DNA of 64,000 nucleotides from Longimicrobiales bacterium. Lineage in GTDB: Bacteria > Gemmatimonadota > Gemmatimonadetes > Longimicrobiales > Gaopeijiaceae. Positions 1 to 10,780 of the stretch are shown one piece after another. The notes beneath the pieces were generated by a model that was not told the origin of the DNA, did not search any database, and saw only the letters and a program-made list of their open reading frames with translations. Made by a program: the position numbers and the translations under genes. Location of the stretch: NCBI GenBank assembly GCA_965208255.1, contig OZ242324.1, positions 970,016 through 1,034,015 on the forward strand. The letters are read 5' to 3'. Every line of letters begins with the position of its first letter. The stretch's first letter is position 1.

Positions 1-40
1 CCACCGCCGCGAGGGATGGCGCGACGCCCGCCCTCCCTGG

Positions 41-610
41 TTGCTGGTACTGGGGGCCACGGTGCCGGTCGCGTGGCTGGTCTACCTGCTCGCAACCGGG
101 GTACTTGAAGAAGTCCGCGGGTTGTCGGGCGTCCGATTGATCGGTGGGATCGCCTCCGTGTTGTTCTTGGGCGGTGTGGTGTATCCAGGAGCCGGATTTC
201 TGCTGGGACGTTCCATCACCCGCTGGCTCCAGCCCCGGCTGCGCGTGTACGCCCGACTCGCCGAATACCTGCGCGTCATGTGGGTCCCGATCGGCGGATT
301 CGCGGTCGGGTATCTCACCATCATCGTCCTCTTCGCCGGTTTCTACGGCATGCTGGAGCGCTTCAGCCCCGGCGCGTTCGCCAACGCCGGCACCGGCGTC
401 ATCGACTGGCTGTCGTTCGCGTTCTTCAACGCCCTCGCCCAGGACTACGCAGCCATCCTGCCGGTTTCGGTTGCCGCCCGGGCGCTGGTGGGCGCGCACC
501 TGATCCTCTCGGTGGGCTGGGCGCTGGTCCTGTTTGCGGCCGTGATGTCATCCATCCAGCCCAGGCTGGACCGGATCGCGCGGCGGCATGCGGAGGACGG
601 CGAAGACTAG
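41..610 (+). CDS. Ion-channel-like integral membrane protein (TM / pore-loop / TM layout with a degenerate filter). The frame is open to the left window edge, so the N-terminus may lie upstream.
   Basis: Hydrophobic helices flank 'DWLSFAFFNALAQDYAAILPVS', which resembles the K+-channel pore segment (YFS..T.TTVGYGDI.P) but lacks TVGYG. There is no in-frame stop between position 2 and the TTG at 41. Confidence 0.35.
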   Translation: MLVLGATVPVAWLVYLLATGVLEEVRGLSGVRLIGGIASVLFLGGVVYPGAGFLLGRSITRWLQPRLRVYARLAEYLRVMWVPIGGFAVGYLTIIVLFAGFYGMLERFSPGAFANAGTGVIDWLSFAFFNALAQDYAAILPVSVAARALVGAHLILSVGWALVLFAAVMSSIQPRLDRIARRHAEDGED

Positions 611-1157
611 TCGGACCGCCCGGTCAGGCCATGGTCGAACGGAAACGGTCTCTGCCCGGAGCTCCCACACCCACCCATCCGCCGCGGTGCTTCGCTGTGG
701 ATGTCTCGCCAATGAGACGGAATCGATAGCTGTATTGGTGGTTCTGTCGGTTAAGCGACCGCCAGGCACGAGTGCCCGCCCCCTCGGTTGCGGAACTCAA
801 TTGCGGCGAGTACGGTGGAGGCAGCGCGGTGGGGACGGGTCCGGGGGCGACCCCGGATGAGCCCGTTGAAAGCAGACAAAAGGGGCGGCATCTCGCATGA
901 GTCGACGGCGAGACAGGAGGGTGAGTGAGGCGCGATCGGGCACGCGCACCGCTACCGCCACCCCCTCCAGCGGACCCCCGCGAACCCACGTCGACGCCGC
1001 CCCGTCGCATCGCCCCGCCGGCGGCTCCATCCTGCTGACCCGCCGATCGCTCCTGCGCTCCGGGCTCGCCGCGCTGGCCGCCGCTCCCTGGGCGAGGCCG
1101 CTGGCCGCTTCCTCCCTCTCGACGCGCCGGAGCCGCCGCAACGTTGTCAAGTGTCAA

Positions 1158-1203
1158 TGGGCATCGAAAATGTCAGGGTATTGGGCATTGAAGATGTCAG
1201 GGT
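1158..1203. repeat. Two direct 22-nt subterminal IS21 repeats (1158-1179 and 1182-1203), likely transposase binding sites
   Basis: tgggcatcgaaaatgtcagggt and tgggcattgaagatgtcagggt were read directly. They are inverted relative to 3229-3250. Confidence 0.8.
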
Positions 1204-1268
1204 CCGAGCGCTGCTCCGCGGAGGGAGCGGAGCGACCGGAGCGGGGCAGCGGGCCGGTAGCGAGGTCG

Positions 1269-2087
1269 TCATGAGGGGCTCTCTTTCGAGGCAGGCGATT
1301 CGGCGTCCACTCGGCTCGCGAGGGGGTGGATCGCCTTGGAGAGTTCGGCGTGGCGGCGCATCCGGTAGCTGTTGCCCCGGATGTTGACGATATGGCAGCG
1401 GTGGAGCAGTCGGTCGAGGAGCGCTGCGGCCATGACCTCGTCGCCGAGGATGCGGCCCCACTCCTCGAAGCCCTTGTTGGAGGTGAGCACGGTCGAGCCG
1501 TTGCCGTAGCGCCGGTTGACGAGTTGGAAGAAGAGGACCGCGCCGCTCTGGGTCACCGGCAGGTAGCCGATCTCGTCGACGATGAGGAGTGCCGGGTGGG
1601 TGAGGATCTTCAGGCGGCGGTCGAGCCGGCCGGCGGCCTTGGCCTCCTCGAGGGAGTCGACGAGGTCGGTCAGGGTGCCGAAGTAGATCTTGCGGCCGCT
1701 CTCAGCCGCCGTGATCGCCAGGCTGATCGCGAGGTGCGTCTTGCCCACGCCGGGCGGGCCGAGGAAGACGACGTTCTCCCGGCGCTCGACGAAGCCGAGT
1801 TCGTGCAGCGCGTCGATCTGCTCGCGCTTGATCGACGGCTGGAAGGCGAAGTCGAAGGCCGCCAGCGTCTTCACGTACGGCAGGCGGCTGGAGCGCATGG
1901 CGGCTTCGAGGCGCCGGCCGTTGCGGAGCTCGATCTGGGCGGCCAGGAGCCGCTCGATCGCCTCGGCCGCGGTCGTGCCTCCCCCGTCCACCCCGGCGAG
2001 CACGCCGTCCAGCGCCTCCAGCGCGCCGGGCATCTTGAGGTCGGCGAGCTGGGCCGCGATCCGCTCCCTGCGCGATGGCGGCCTCAC
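1269..2087 (-). CDS. istB: IS21 helper ATPase IstB
   Basis: Contains 'FLGPPGVGKTHLAISLA' (Walker A), 'LLIVDEIGYLP' (Walker B) and 'NRRYGNGSTVLTSNKGFEEWG'. The GTG start at 2087-2085 overlaps the istA TGA (2086-2084). The 806-aa track ORF is this gene plus upstream read-through. Confidence 0.9.
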   Translation of the reverse strand: MRPPSRRERIAAQLADLKMPGALEALDGVLAGVDGGGTTAAEAIERLLAAQIELRNGRRLEAAMRSSRLPYVKTLAAFDFAFQPSIKREQIDALHELGFVERRENVVFLGPPGVGKTHLAISLAITAAESGRKIYFGTLTDLVDSLEEAKAAGRLDRRLKILTHPALLIVDEIGYLPVTQSGAVLFFQLVNRRYGNGSTVLTSNKGFEEWGRILGDEVMAAALLDRLLHRCHIVNIRGNSYRMRRHAELSKAIHPLASRVDAESPASKESPS

Positions 2088-3124
2088 CGCACGCCTCCCG
2101 CGATCCGGCCGTACTCGGCCAGCGGACGGCGCTCGACCTCGACGAACCGGGAGTCCGCCGCCGCTTCGTTCCGCTCCTTCGAGGGCTCGGGGCGCAGCGG
2201 CGTCACGGGCCGGTAAGGCCAGCGGGCCAAGGGCTTTAGGTGCGGCCTCTCCGCCTCGAACCGGTCCACGGGCCGCTCCTTCAGCGTGCCGTGGACGCGG
2301 ACGTTGGCCACCCTGCCGAGCCACCCCAGCACCCGGGCGTTCAGATCGTCGTCCGACACGAAGTCCCGTCCGTAGAAGAAGCTCCGCCGGATGTAGCTGA
2401 CCGGCCGTTCCACCTTCCCCTTCGTCTGCGCCCGGTACGGCCGGCACGCCCGGATCCGGAAGCCCCAGTGGTGGGCGAAGCGCAGGAACTCCGTGTTCTC
2501 CATCAGCCGCCCGCCGACCTCCCGGTTGTCCTCCACGATGACGGCCTTCATCTGGTCGAACAGCAGCTCCGAGGGCACGCCCCCGAAGTACCGGAACGCC
2601 GACTCCAGGCCCTCCATCACCACGGCCATCGTCTGCCGCTCGTAGTACCGGACCCACATCAGCCGCGAGTAGCCCAGAACCACGACCAGCGCGTGCCGCT
2701 TCCCCCACGGCGTCTTGAACTCCGCGAAGTCCACCTGCCCCTGGTGCCCCGGAGGGGTCTCGAAGCGCCTGACCGGCTCCGGCTCCGGCAGCGGCCGGAC
2801 CTCCCGCACATGCCGCTTCACCTGGTCGTAGCCGCCCTCGTAGCCCGCCTTCCGGATCTCCTCGAACAGCCGCACAGCGCTGAGATCCGGATACCGGGCC
2901 AGACGGGTCTCGATGATCTCCTTGTAGGGATCGAGCCGCGAAGGCCGGGGCCGCCTCGGCCCGTATCGGACCGGCCCGTCGTCCAGCTCCCGGTCCAGCT
3001 GCCCCGCCGCGATCCAGCGGTACACCGTCCGCTCGCTGACCCCGCAACGCCGCGCCACCGCGGCCTTGCTCAGTCCCTGTTCCAGATAGTGCCGCAACAA
3101 CACCCGCGTCTCTCTTCCGATCAT
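2084..3124 (-). CDS. istA: IS21 transposase IstA (HTH + DDE integrase core)
   Basis: Starts at 'MIGRETRVLLRHYLEQGLSKAAVARRCGVSERTVYRW' (HTH). Also has 'GHQGQVDFAEF...ALVVVLGYSR...LLFDQMK...CRPYRAQTKGKVER' (DDE core). The ATG at 3124-3122 was verified in the sequence. Confidence 0.9.
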   Translation of the reverse strand: MIGRETRVLLRHYLEQGLSKAAVARRCGVSERTVYRWIAAGQLDRELDDGPVRYGPRRPRPSRLDPYKEIIETRLARYPDLSAVRLFEEIRKAGYEGGYDQVKRHVREVRPLPEPEPVRRFETPPGHQGQVDFAEFKTPWGKRHALVVVLGYSRLMWVRYYERQTMAVVMEGLESAFRYFGGVPSELLFDQMKAVIVEDNREVGGRLMENTEFLRFAHHWGFRIRACRPYRAQTKGKVERPVSYIRRSFFYGRDFVSDDDLNARVLGWLGRVANVRVHGTLKERPVDRFEAERPHLKPLARWPYRPVTPLRPEPSKERNEAAADSRFVEVERRPLAEYGRIAGGVR

Positions 3125-3228
3125 CACGTCTCCTTCGTTCAATGGAGACGCGATGGTAGCCAACCCGTTCTCGGCCCTTGCCCGCCTTCGCCCAACATCC
3201 CATGGCCGAACCCCCGCCACCGGGCTCA

Positions 3229-3250
3229 ACCCTGACATTTTCAATGCCCA
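3229..3250. repeat. Inverted copy of the IS21 subterminal repeat at the istA-proximal end
   Basis: accctgacattttcaatgccca is the reverse complement of tgggcattgaaaatgtcagggt. Confidence 0.8.
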
Positions 3251-3353
3251 CGATCCCGTAATTTGACGTGCCCGGTAACAAACGGTCTGGGGTGACCCCG
3301 TCGAACGGCCTCGCAGCGCGTACGCACCGTCGTATGCCCCCGAACTGGGGACG

Positions 3354-4121
3354 ATGCACGCGGTGCTCGCCCGCTTCCGGCGCGGCGACTCGCTGCTGGT
3401 GGTGGCCCCGTTCCGGTTCGAGCCCCGCGACACGTCCGAAGCAGCATCCAGTCCGGTCGGTCCCCGGGAGGACGATGAGCATCGGCGCAACGTCCAGGCG
3501 GGACTGTTTCTGGTGCCCTGGGAAGAGACCACCGGCGAGATGCGCCCACCGGCACAGCGCATGCTGTCGGAACGCGGCACGCTGTCCCTCACGCTCCCGC
3601 TGGGCAGCTATGTGTACAGCGTGGAAGCCCTCGACCGCCGAGCCGGCCAGGGAGCGCGTCTGCGGGGTGACCTCGCGCTGGGTCCGCATCCGGACGACAT
3701 CCCCGATCTCTCCGACTTCCTTGTCATCGAGTCTCCGGATACGCCCCCCGAGACGCTCGACGACGTGACCGGCCTTGCCCTGCCTTCGCTGGCGCTCGGA
3801 GGGCTGCAGGAGCTGGCCGTCGCGTGGGAGGCCTACGGGCTCGGCGCGGGTGAGGCCCAGGTTGCGTATCGCATCGCGATCGAGCCGCTCGAGCGGTCCT
3901 TCTTCCGCAGGTTGGGAGAGTTTCTCAGGCTGCGCCGGAGCGAGGCTCCGCTGAACCTCGAGTGGAGCGAGCCGAGCCCGGGGCGACCGGGTCCGCGCTT
4001 TCGCTCCGTCGATCTCGACTTCAGGAATCTGGAGCCCGGCATCTACGAGCTTCGGCTGGAACTGATCGTCGGGGATTGGGCTCCCGTGATTCGACGGCGG
4101 CGTGTGCAGATTCTCGGGTAA
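3354..4121 (+). CDS. Hypothetical protein with no recognisable signal peptide or N-terminal domain; possibly 5'-truncated by the adjacent IS21
   Basis: Good GC3-rich codon pattern over 255 codons. It begins abruptly 86 nt from the IS end. No family was recognised. Confidence 0.45.
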   Translation: MHAVLARFRRGDSLLVVAPFRFEPRDTSEAASSPVGPREDDEHRRNVQAGLFLVPWEETTGEMRPPAQRMLSERGTLSLTLPLGSYVYSVEALDRRAGQGARLRGDLALGPHPDDIPDLSDFLVIESPDTPPETLDDVTGLALPSLALGGLQELAVAWEAYGLGAGEAQVAYRIAIEPLERSFFRRLGEFLRLRRSEAPLNLEWSEPSPGRPGPRFRSVDLDFRNLEPGIYELRLELIVGDWAPVIRRRRVQILG

Positions 4122-4153
4122 GCCCGGTGTGCCGGCGTCGAGCAGACGGCGCG

Positions 4154-4182
4154 TTGACGCTCCTCTCCGGGATGTCTACACT
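4154..4182 (+). promoter_or_regulatory. Candidate sigma70-type promoter for prs (TTGACG-17 nt-TACACT)
   Basis: -35 ttgacg at 4154-4159, 17-nt spacer, -10 tacact at 4177-4182, 58 nt upstream of the prs ATG. Confidence 0.35.
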
Positions 4183-4239
4183 TAACGGCTATCGTAACGT
4201 CGAACTGCCCCCTGAACGCCAGCTTACGGTGACGCCCCC

Positions 4240-5295
4240 ATGGACGATCAGTACCGTCGCGGTCCGCTATTGCTTCTGGCTGGCCGGGCCAACCGGCCCC
4301 TGGCCGCGGAGATCGGGGAGAGGCTGGGCGAGTCGGCCTTCGGCGCCACGGTGCGGGACTTCGCCGACGGCGAGATCTTCGTCCGGCTGGATCGCAACGC
4401 GCGCGGGCGCGATGTCTTCATCATCCAGCCGACCACGACGCCGGCCGACAACATCATGGAGCTTCTGCTCCTTGTCGACGCCGCCGTGCGCGCCTCGGCC
4501 GCCCGCGTCACCGCCGTGGTGCCCTACTTCGGCTACGGGCGCCAGGACCGCAAGGACCAGCCCCGGGTCTCGATCGGCGCCAAGCTGGTCGCGAACCTGA
4601 TCGTGGCGGCCGGTGCCGACCGGCTGCTGGGCATCGATTTCCATCAGCATCAGATCCAGGGATTCTTCGACATACCGGTGGATCACCTGTACGCAGCGCC
4701 GGTGCTGACGCGGTACTTCAGCGACATGGAGCTGGATGATCTGGTCGTGATCGCGCCGGATGCGGGGTCCGCCAAGATGGCCCGCGGCTTCGCACGCCGG
4801 CTCGGCGCCTCGCTGGCGGTCATCGACAAGCGCCGGCGCACCGCCAACGTGGCCGAAGTGGTCAACGTCGTGGGCGAGGTGGCGGGCAAGACCTGCCTGA
4901 TCGCCGACGACATGGTCGACACGGCGGGCACCCTCACCAACGGTATCTACGCGCTGAAGGAACGCGGGGCGGCGGCCGTCTATGCCTGCGCCACCCATGC
5001 GCTCCTGTCGGGGCGGGCATCCGAGCGGCTGCAGGGGGCTCCGGTGGAGGAAGTCGTGGTCACGAACACCATCGATATCCCTCCTGCTCTGCGCTTTCCC
5101 AAGCTGAAAGTTCTGTCCGTGGCCGGCCTGCTGTCCGATGCCATTCGCTACATTCATTCCAACGCCTCGGTGAGCCAGCTGTTCAAGATGCCGGCCCGCG
5201 AGGCCCCAATCGTGGTAGAGGCCGGGGACGCCGATCCCGCACCGGCGAGTGCGTGGTCGATGAGCGCGGCCAAATCCTCCCTGACAACCTCCTGA
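4240..5295 (+). CDS. prs: Ribose-phosphate pyrophosphokinase (PRPP synthetase)
   Basis: Contains 'DGEIFVRL...RGRDVFIIQ', 'VVPYFGYGRQDRK', 'DFHQHQIQGFFDIPVDHLYA' and 'LIADDMVDTAGTL'. Confidence 0.95.
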   Translation: MDDQYRRGPLLLLAGRANRPLAAEIGERLGESAFGATVRDFADGEIFVRLDRNARGRDVFIIQPTTTPADNIMELLLLVDAAVRASAARVTAVVPYFGYGRQDRKDQPRVSIGAKLVANLIVAAGADRLLGIDFHQHQIQGFFDIPVDHLYAAPVLTRYFSDMELDDLVVIAPDAGSAKMARGFARRLGASLAVIDKRRRTANVAEVVNVVGEVAGKTCLIADDMVDTAGTLTNGIYALKERGAAAVYACATHALLSGRASERLQGAPVEEVVVTNTIDIPPALRFPKLKVLSVAGLLSDAIRYIHSNASVSQLFKMPAREAPIVVEAGDADPAPASAWSMSAAKSSLTTS

Positions 5296-5314
5296 AACCG
5301 ACGAAGAGCCCGAA

Positions 5315-5953
5315 ATGAGCGTAGCAGAAGCCTCCCTCCAGGCCCGGCGCAGGGAAGAGACCGGCAAGGGTGTCGCCCGCCGCCTGCGGCGCGCGGGACG
5401 TATCCCGGCGGTCGTGTACGGCAAGGGCATGGAACCCATCCCGCTCTCGCTGGACGAGCAGGAGACGGTCCTCCTGTTCGAGTCGATCCCGGTGGCCAAC
5501 ACCATCCTCCAACTCGCCATCGACGACGGGGAGACGTTGCGCACGCTGGTGCGAGAGATCCAGACCCATCCGTTCCGCCCCGACGTCATGCACGTCGACT
5601 TCTTGCACCTGCGTCGGGGAATCGCGATCGAACTGAGCGTGCCGATCTCGCTCTCCGGCACTCCGGCCGGTACCCGTACGGGTGGCCGCCTGGACATCGT
5701 CCTGCATGAAACGCATGTGCGCTGTACGCCCGCAAACATCCCGGAATCGCTCGAGGCCGACATCTCGGAGTTGGACATCGGAGGGTCGCTTCGGCTCGGC
5801 GACATCGCGCTCCCCGAGGACGTTGAGCTGCTCTCCGGCCCGGATACCCTCGTGTGTCACGTCGCGACATCCTGGGAGCCTGAAGAGGAGGAAGAGGAGG
5901 ATCTGGAGGTCGGTGAGATCGCAGAAGCCGACGAGGATGTCGAGGAATCCTAG
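5315..5953 (+). CDS. rplY: 50S ribosomal protein L25 / general stress protein Ctc
   Basis: Contains 'GKGVARRLRRAGRIPAVVYGKG', has an acidic C-terminal tail, and sits in the canonical position between prs and pth. Confidence 0.9.
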   Translation: MSVAEASLQARRREETGKGVARRLRRAGRIPAVVYGKGMEPIPLSLDEQETVLLFESIPVANTILQLAIDDGETLRTLVREIQTHPFRPDVMHVDFLHLRRGIAIELSVPISLSGTPAGTRTGGRLDIVLHETHVRCTPANIPESLEADISELDIGGSLRLGDIALPEDVELLSGPDTLVCHVATSWEPEEEEEEDLEVGEIAEADEDVEES

Positions 5954-6517
5954 TTGAAGGTCATCGTGGGCCTCGGGAATCCGGGACCCCGTTATGACGC
6001 CACGCGCCACAACGTCGGTTGGTGGGCGATCGACCGCTTGGCCTACGACTGGAGCCTCGGACCTCTCGAGAGGACGGGCGCCGCGCTTCTGGCCGACGGA
6101 GTCGTCGACGACCACACCGTGCACCTGGTGAAGCCGGTCACCTACGTGAATCGGAGCGGGGCCGCGCTGGCCCCCTATGTGGATGCCGATGATTTTCGCG
6201 TTGGAGAGGACCTCCTGATCGTGGCCGACGACATCAACCTCGACGTCGGGCGGATGCGCTTCCGACCCGGGGGCGGCGCCGGCGGACACAAGGGCCTCCG
6301 TTCGGTGGCGGGCGTGCTCGGCACCACGGACTACCCCCGGCTGCGCATCGGCGTGGGCGCCCGCCCCGAGCGCATGGATCTGGCCGACTGGGTGCTGTCC
6401 CCGATGGAAGAAGACGACGAGGACGCGGTCGTCGCCCTGCTGGGCGAGCTGGACGCCGCGGCACGACTGTGGATGAACGAGGGCATCGAGCCCGTGATGA
6501 ACGCCTGCAACCGATAA
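5954..6517 (+). CDS. pth: Peptidyl-tRNA hydrolase
   Basis: Contains 'KVIVGLGNPGPRYDATRHNVGW' and 'HKGLRSV'. The TTG start directly follows the rplY stop. Confidence 0.9.
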   Translation: MKVIVGLGNPGPRYDATRHNVGWWAIDRLAYDWSLGPLERTGAALLADGVVDDHTVHLVKPVTYVNRSGAALAPYVDADDFRVGEDLLIVADDINLDVGRMRFRPGGGAGGHKGLRSVAGVLGTTDYPRLRIGVGARPERMDLADWVLSPMEEDDEDAVVALLGELDAAARLWMNEGIEPVMNACNR

Positions 6518-6571
6518 TCCGCCCCCGCGACGGCGGGACCTGAGCGTCACCCCCAAACACAAGCAGATCAG

Positions 6572-8689
<2,118 letters not shown>

Positions 8690-8719
8690 ACCCTGCACCT
8701 GCCAGCGGAGCCTGAGTCG

Positions 8720-9925
8720 ATGACGCGCGAGCCGACCTTCGAAAACGCCCTGGCCTTCGCCGGGGACCTGATCCGTATTCCCTCGATGAGCGGGGAAGAG
8801 GGCGCGGTGGCCGCGCGCCTGCAGGAGGAGATGCGCGCACTGGGCTTCGACCGGATCGAGGTCGATGGCCTGGGCAGTGTCGCCGGCGTCGTGAAGGGGA
8901 GGGGAGACGCGCCTCCGGTGATGCTCTCCTGCCACCTGGACGTGGTGGCCGAGGGCGCCCACGAGGAGTGGGAGCATCCGCCCTTCTCGGGCGATGTGGT
9001 GGACGGCCACCTGCACGGCCGCGGGGCGATGGACATCAAGGGCCCCATGGCGCTCCAGGTCTACGCCGCCGCGGCGCTCGCGGGCCGCGCCCCCGGCGAC
9101 GTCATCGTCGGCCAGGTGGTGTACGAGGAGCGGGGCGGCTGGGGCATGGAGAACCTGGTGCGCTCCGGGCTGGTAAACCCCGCCGCGGTCATCATCGGCG
9201 AATCGACATACGGCGACATCGCCCTGGGGCACCGCGGGCGCGCACAGCTCGAGGTGGTGATCGGCGGCCTGGCCGGCCACGCGAGCGCCCCCGACCGCGC
9301 CCGGAACGCCCTCGACCTGCTGCCGCAGGTGCTGACCGGCGTGGCTCGTCTCGCAGAGCGCCAGGAGTCCGATCCCGTCCTTGGGCCCGCCAGCCTCACG
9401 CCCACCGATGTCCGGGTCCGTCCCGAGAGCCCGAACGTCATCCCCGACGAAGTGACCGTGGTGCTCGACTGGCGCATCCTGCCGACCGACACCGAGGCGA
9501 GCCTCATCCGGCGCGTCGAGGCCGCAATCGCCGAGGTGCTCCCGGAGGTTCCGGACGGCTACGCGATCGAGTGCCGCCTCGCGTCGGAGCGCCAGACCTC
9601 CTACACGGGCCGGTCCGCCGACCGCAACCTGCTCACGCCGGGTTTCCTGATGGAGCCCGACCATCCGGTGGTCACGGCGGCGGCGCGCGCGGCCGGACGG
9701 CGCGGCGATCCCTCTGCCTCCGCCCATTGCCGACCCTGGACCTTCGCCACGGACGGCGGCTGGACCTGCGGCATATTCGGGATTCCGACCATCGGGTTCG
9801 CTCCCGGAGAGGAACGCTACGCGCACACCAACCGGGAACGCCTCGACGTGGAAGAAGCACGCTGGGCGTTCAGCCGGTATCCGCCGCTGATCCTCGCCGT
9901 GCAGGAAGCCGCAGCGGAAGGCTGA
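8720..9925 (+). CDS. M20-family metallopeptidase / deacylase (ArgE/DapE-like)
   Basis: Contains 'LSCHLDVV...[22 protein letters not shown]' and '[13 protein letters not shown]'. Confidence 0.8.
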   Translation: MTREPTFENALAFAGDLIRIPSMSGEEGAVAARLQEEMRALGFDRIEVDGLGSVAGVVKGRGDAPPVMLSCHLDVVAEGAHEEWEHPPFSGDVVDGHLHGRGAMDIKGPMALQVYAAAALAGRAPGDVIVGQVVYEERGGWGMENLVRSGLVNPAAVIIGESTYGDIALGHRGRAQLEVVIGGLAGHASAPDRARNALDLLPQVLTGVARLAERQESDPVLGPASLTPTDVRVRPESPNVIPDEVTVVLDWRILPTDTEASLIRRVEAAIAEVLPEVPDGYAIECRLASERQTSYTGRSADRNLLTPGFLMEPDHPVVTAAARAAGRRGDPSASAHCRPWTFATDGGWTCGIFGIPTIGFAPGEERYAHTNRERLDVEEARWAFSRYPPLILAVQEAAAEG

Positions 9926-9964
9926 CCTTCCCGGGCCGTATCCGGGCCCGGGGAGCCCCCCGGG

Positions 9965-9992
9965 TTGAAGCTCCGGTCCGGAAGGGTATATT
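9965..9992 (+). promoter_or_regulatory. Candidate sigma70-type promoter for the rpsF/rpsR gene (TTGAAG-16 nt-TATATT)
   Basis: -35 at 9965-9970 and -10 at 9987-9992. It follows a GC-rich hairpin (cccgggc...gcccggg) after the M20 gene. A ~90-nt structured-looking leader precedes the ATG at 10086. Confidence 0.35.
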
Positions 9993-10085
9993 CCGTTGCC
10001 GATCCCGCCTCGGCCCCGGAGGGAATTTCCGCGAACAGCCCTCCCGGGAGCGAGGCCCGTCAACACGCGGTCCATGGGAGAGACC

Positions 10086-10757
10086 ATGCGCGACTATGAA
10101 CTCGTTGTGATTTTCCATCCCGCCCTGGGCGAGGATGCCATCCAGCAGAAGCTGGAGCGATTCCACGGCCTGGTATCCGGCGGCGATGCCGAAATCGCCG
10201 TCGTGGACCACTGGGGCGGCCGCCGGCTCGCCTACCCCATCCGGAAGCAGACCACCGGCTACTACGTCGTGACGCAGTTCCTCGGCGATCCGACGGCCCT
10301 GCCCGAGCTGGAGCGCATCATGAAGCTCGACGAGGAGGTGCTCCGGTACCTCATCGTCGTCAACGAGGGCGAACCCTCCACGGGGATGTCCGTGGTGGCG
10401 GAGGTGGCACCCGCTGTCCGCGCTCCGGAGGAGGCCGCCGAGGATGACCGGGACAAGGCAGACCAGGGGGACAAGGAAGAGGAAGAGGAGGGGGAGGCAG
10501 TCGGCGCCCCGTCGCGCACGAGCCCTCCCGAGTTTTCCGGGGGGCGCGGTCACCGCAGACGCATCGAAGGCCCTCCGATCACCATCCTCAACTACAAGGA
10601 CGTTGCGACGCTGTCGCGCTTCGTCACCGAGCAGGGCAAGCTTCTGCCCCGGCGCACGACCCGCGTGGCGGCCCGATTTCAGCGCAAGCTCGGGCGGGCG
10701 GTGAAGCGGGCGCGCTACCTGGCCCTGCTTCCGTACGTACGCAGTCACGAGCGATAG
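10086..10757 (+). CDS. rpsF-rpsR: In-frame fusion of 30S ribosomal proteins S6 (N-terminal) and S18 (C-terminal) joined by an acidic linker
   Basis: S6: '[12 protein letters not shown]...[10 protein letters not shown]...GYYVV'. Linker: '[23 protein letters not shown]'. S18: '[52 protein letters not shown]'. There is no stop codon between them. Confidence 0.85.
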   Translation: MRDYELVVIFHPALGEDAIQQKLERFHGLVSGGDAEIAVVDHWGGRRLAYPIRKQTTGYYVVTQFLGDPTALPELERIMKLDEEVLRYLIVVNEGEPSTGMSVVAEVAPAVRAPEEAAEDDRDKADQGDKEEEEEGEAVGAPSRTSPPEFSGGRGHRRRIEGPPITILNYKDVATLSRFVTEQGKLLPRRTTRVAARFQRKLGRAVKRARYLALLPYVRSHER

Positions 10758-10780
10758 CCTGTGGGCAGGCGGGGACCCCG

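Larger units (their letters stand above)
1145..3268 (-). mobile_element. IS21-family insertion sequence (istA + istB with subterminal multi-copy repeats). The boundaries are approximate to a few bp.
   Basis: istA and istB overlap in a GTGA start/stop junction. A 22-nt repeat TGGGCAT(C/T)GAA(A/G)ATGTCAGGGT occurs twice at the left end and once, inverted, at the right end. Both tips contain GTCAA/TTGAC. Confidence 0.85.

Noticed and set aside
897-1274. 125-aa ORF with a Tat-like signal, considered as a stand-alone CDS
   Set aside because: It reads directly into the IS21 terminal repeats, so at best it is a truncated 5' fragment. It is reported only as a finding.
1269-3689. 806-aa ORF spanning the whole IS21 region
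   Set aside because: Only the C-terminal 272 aa (IstB) look like protein. The upstream part is Arg/Gly/Pro-rich read-through in the frame overlapping istA, and a GTG start coupled to the istA stop explains IstB.
9996-10085. Upstream TTG-initiated extension of the S6/S18 ORF given in the ORF track
   Set aside because: The canonical S6 N-terminus '[10 protein letters not shown]' starts at ATG 10086. The extension is Pro/Arg-rich and covers the predicted promoter-leader region.
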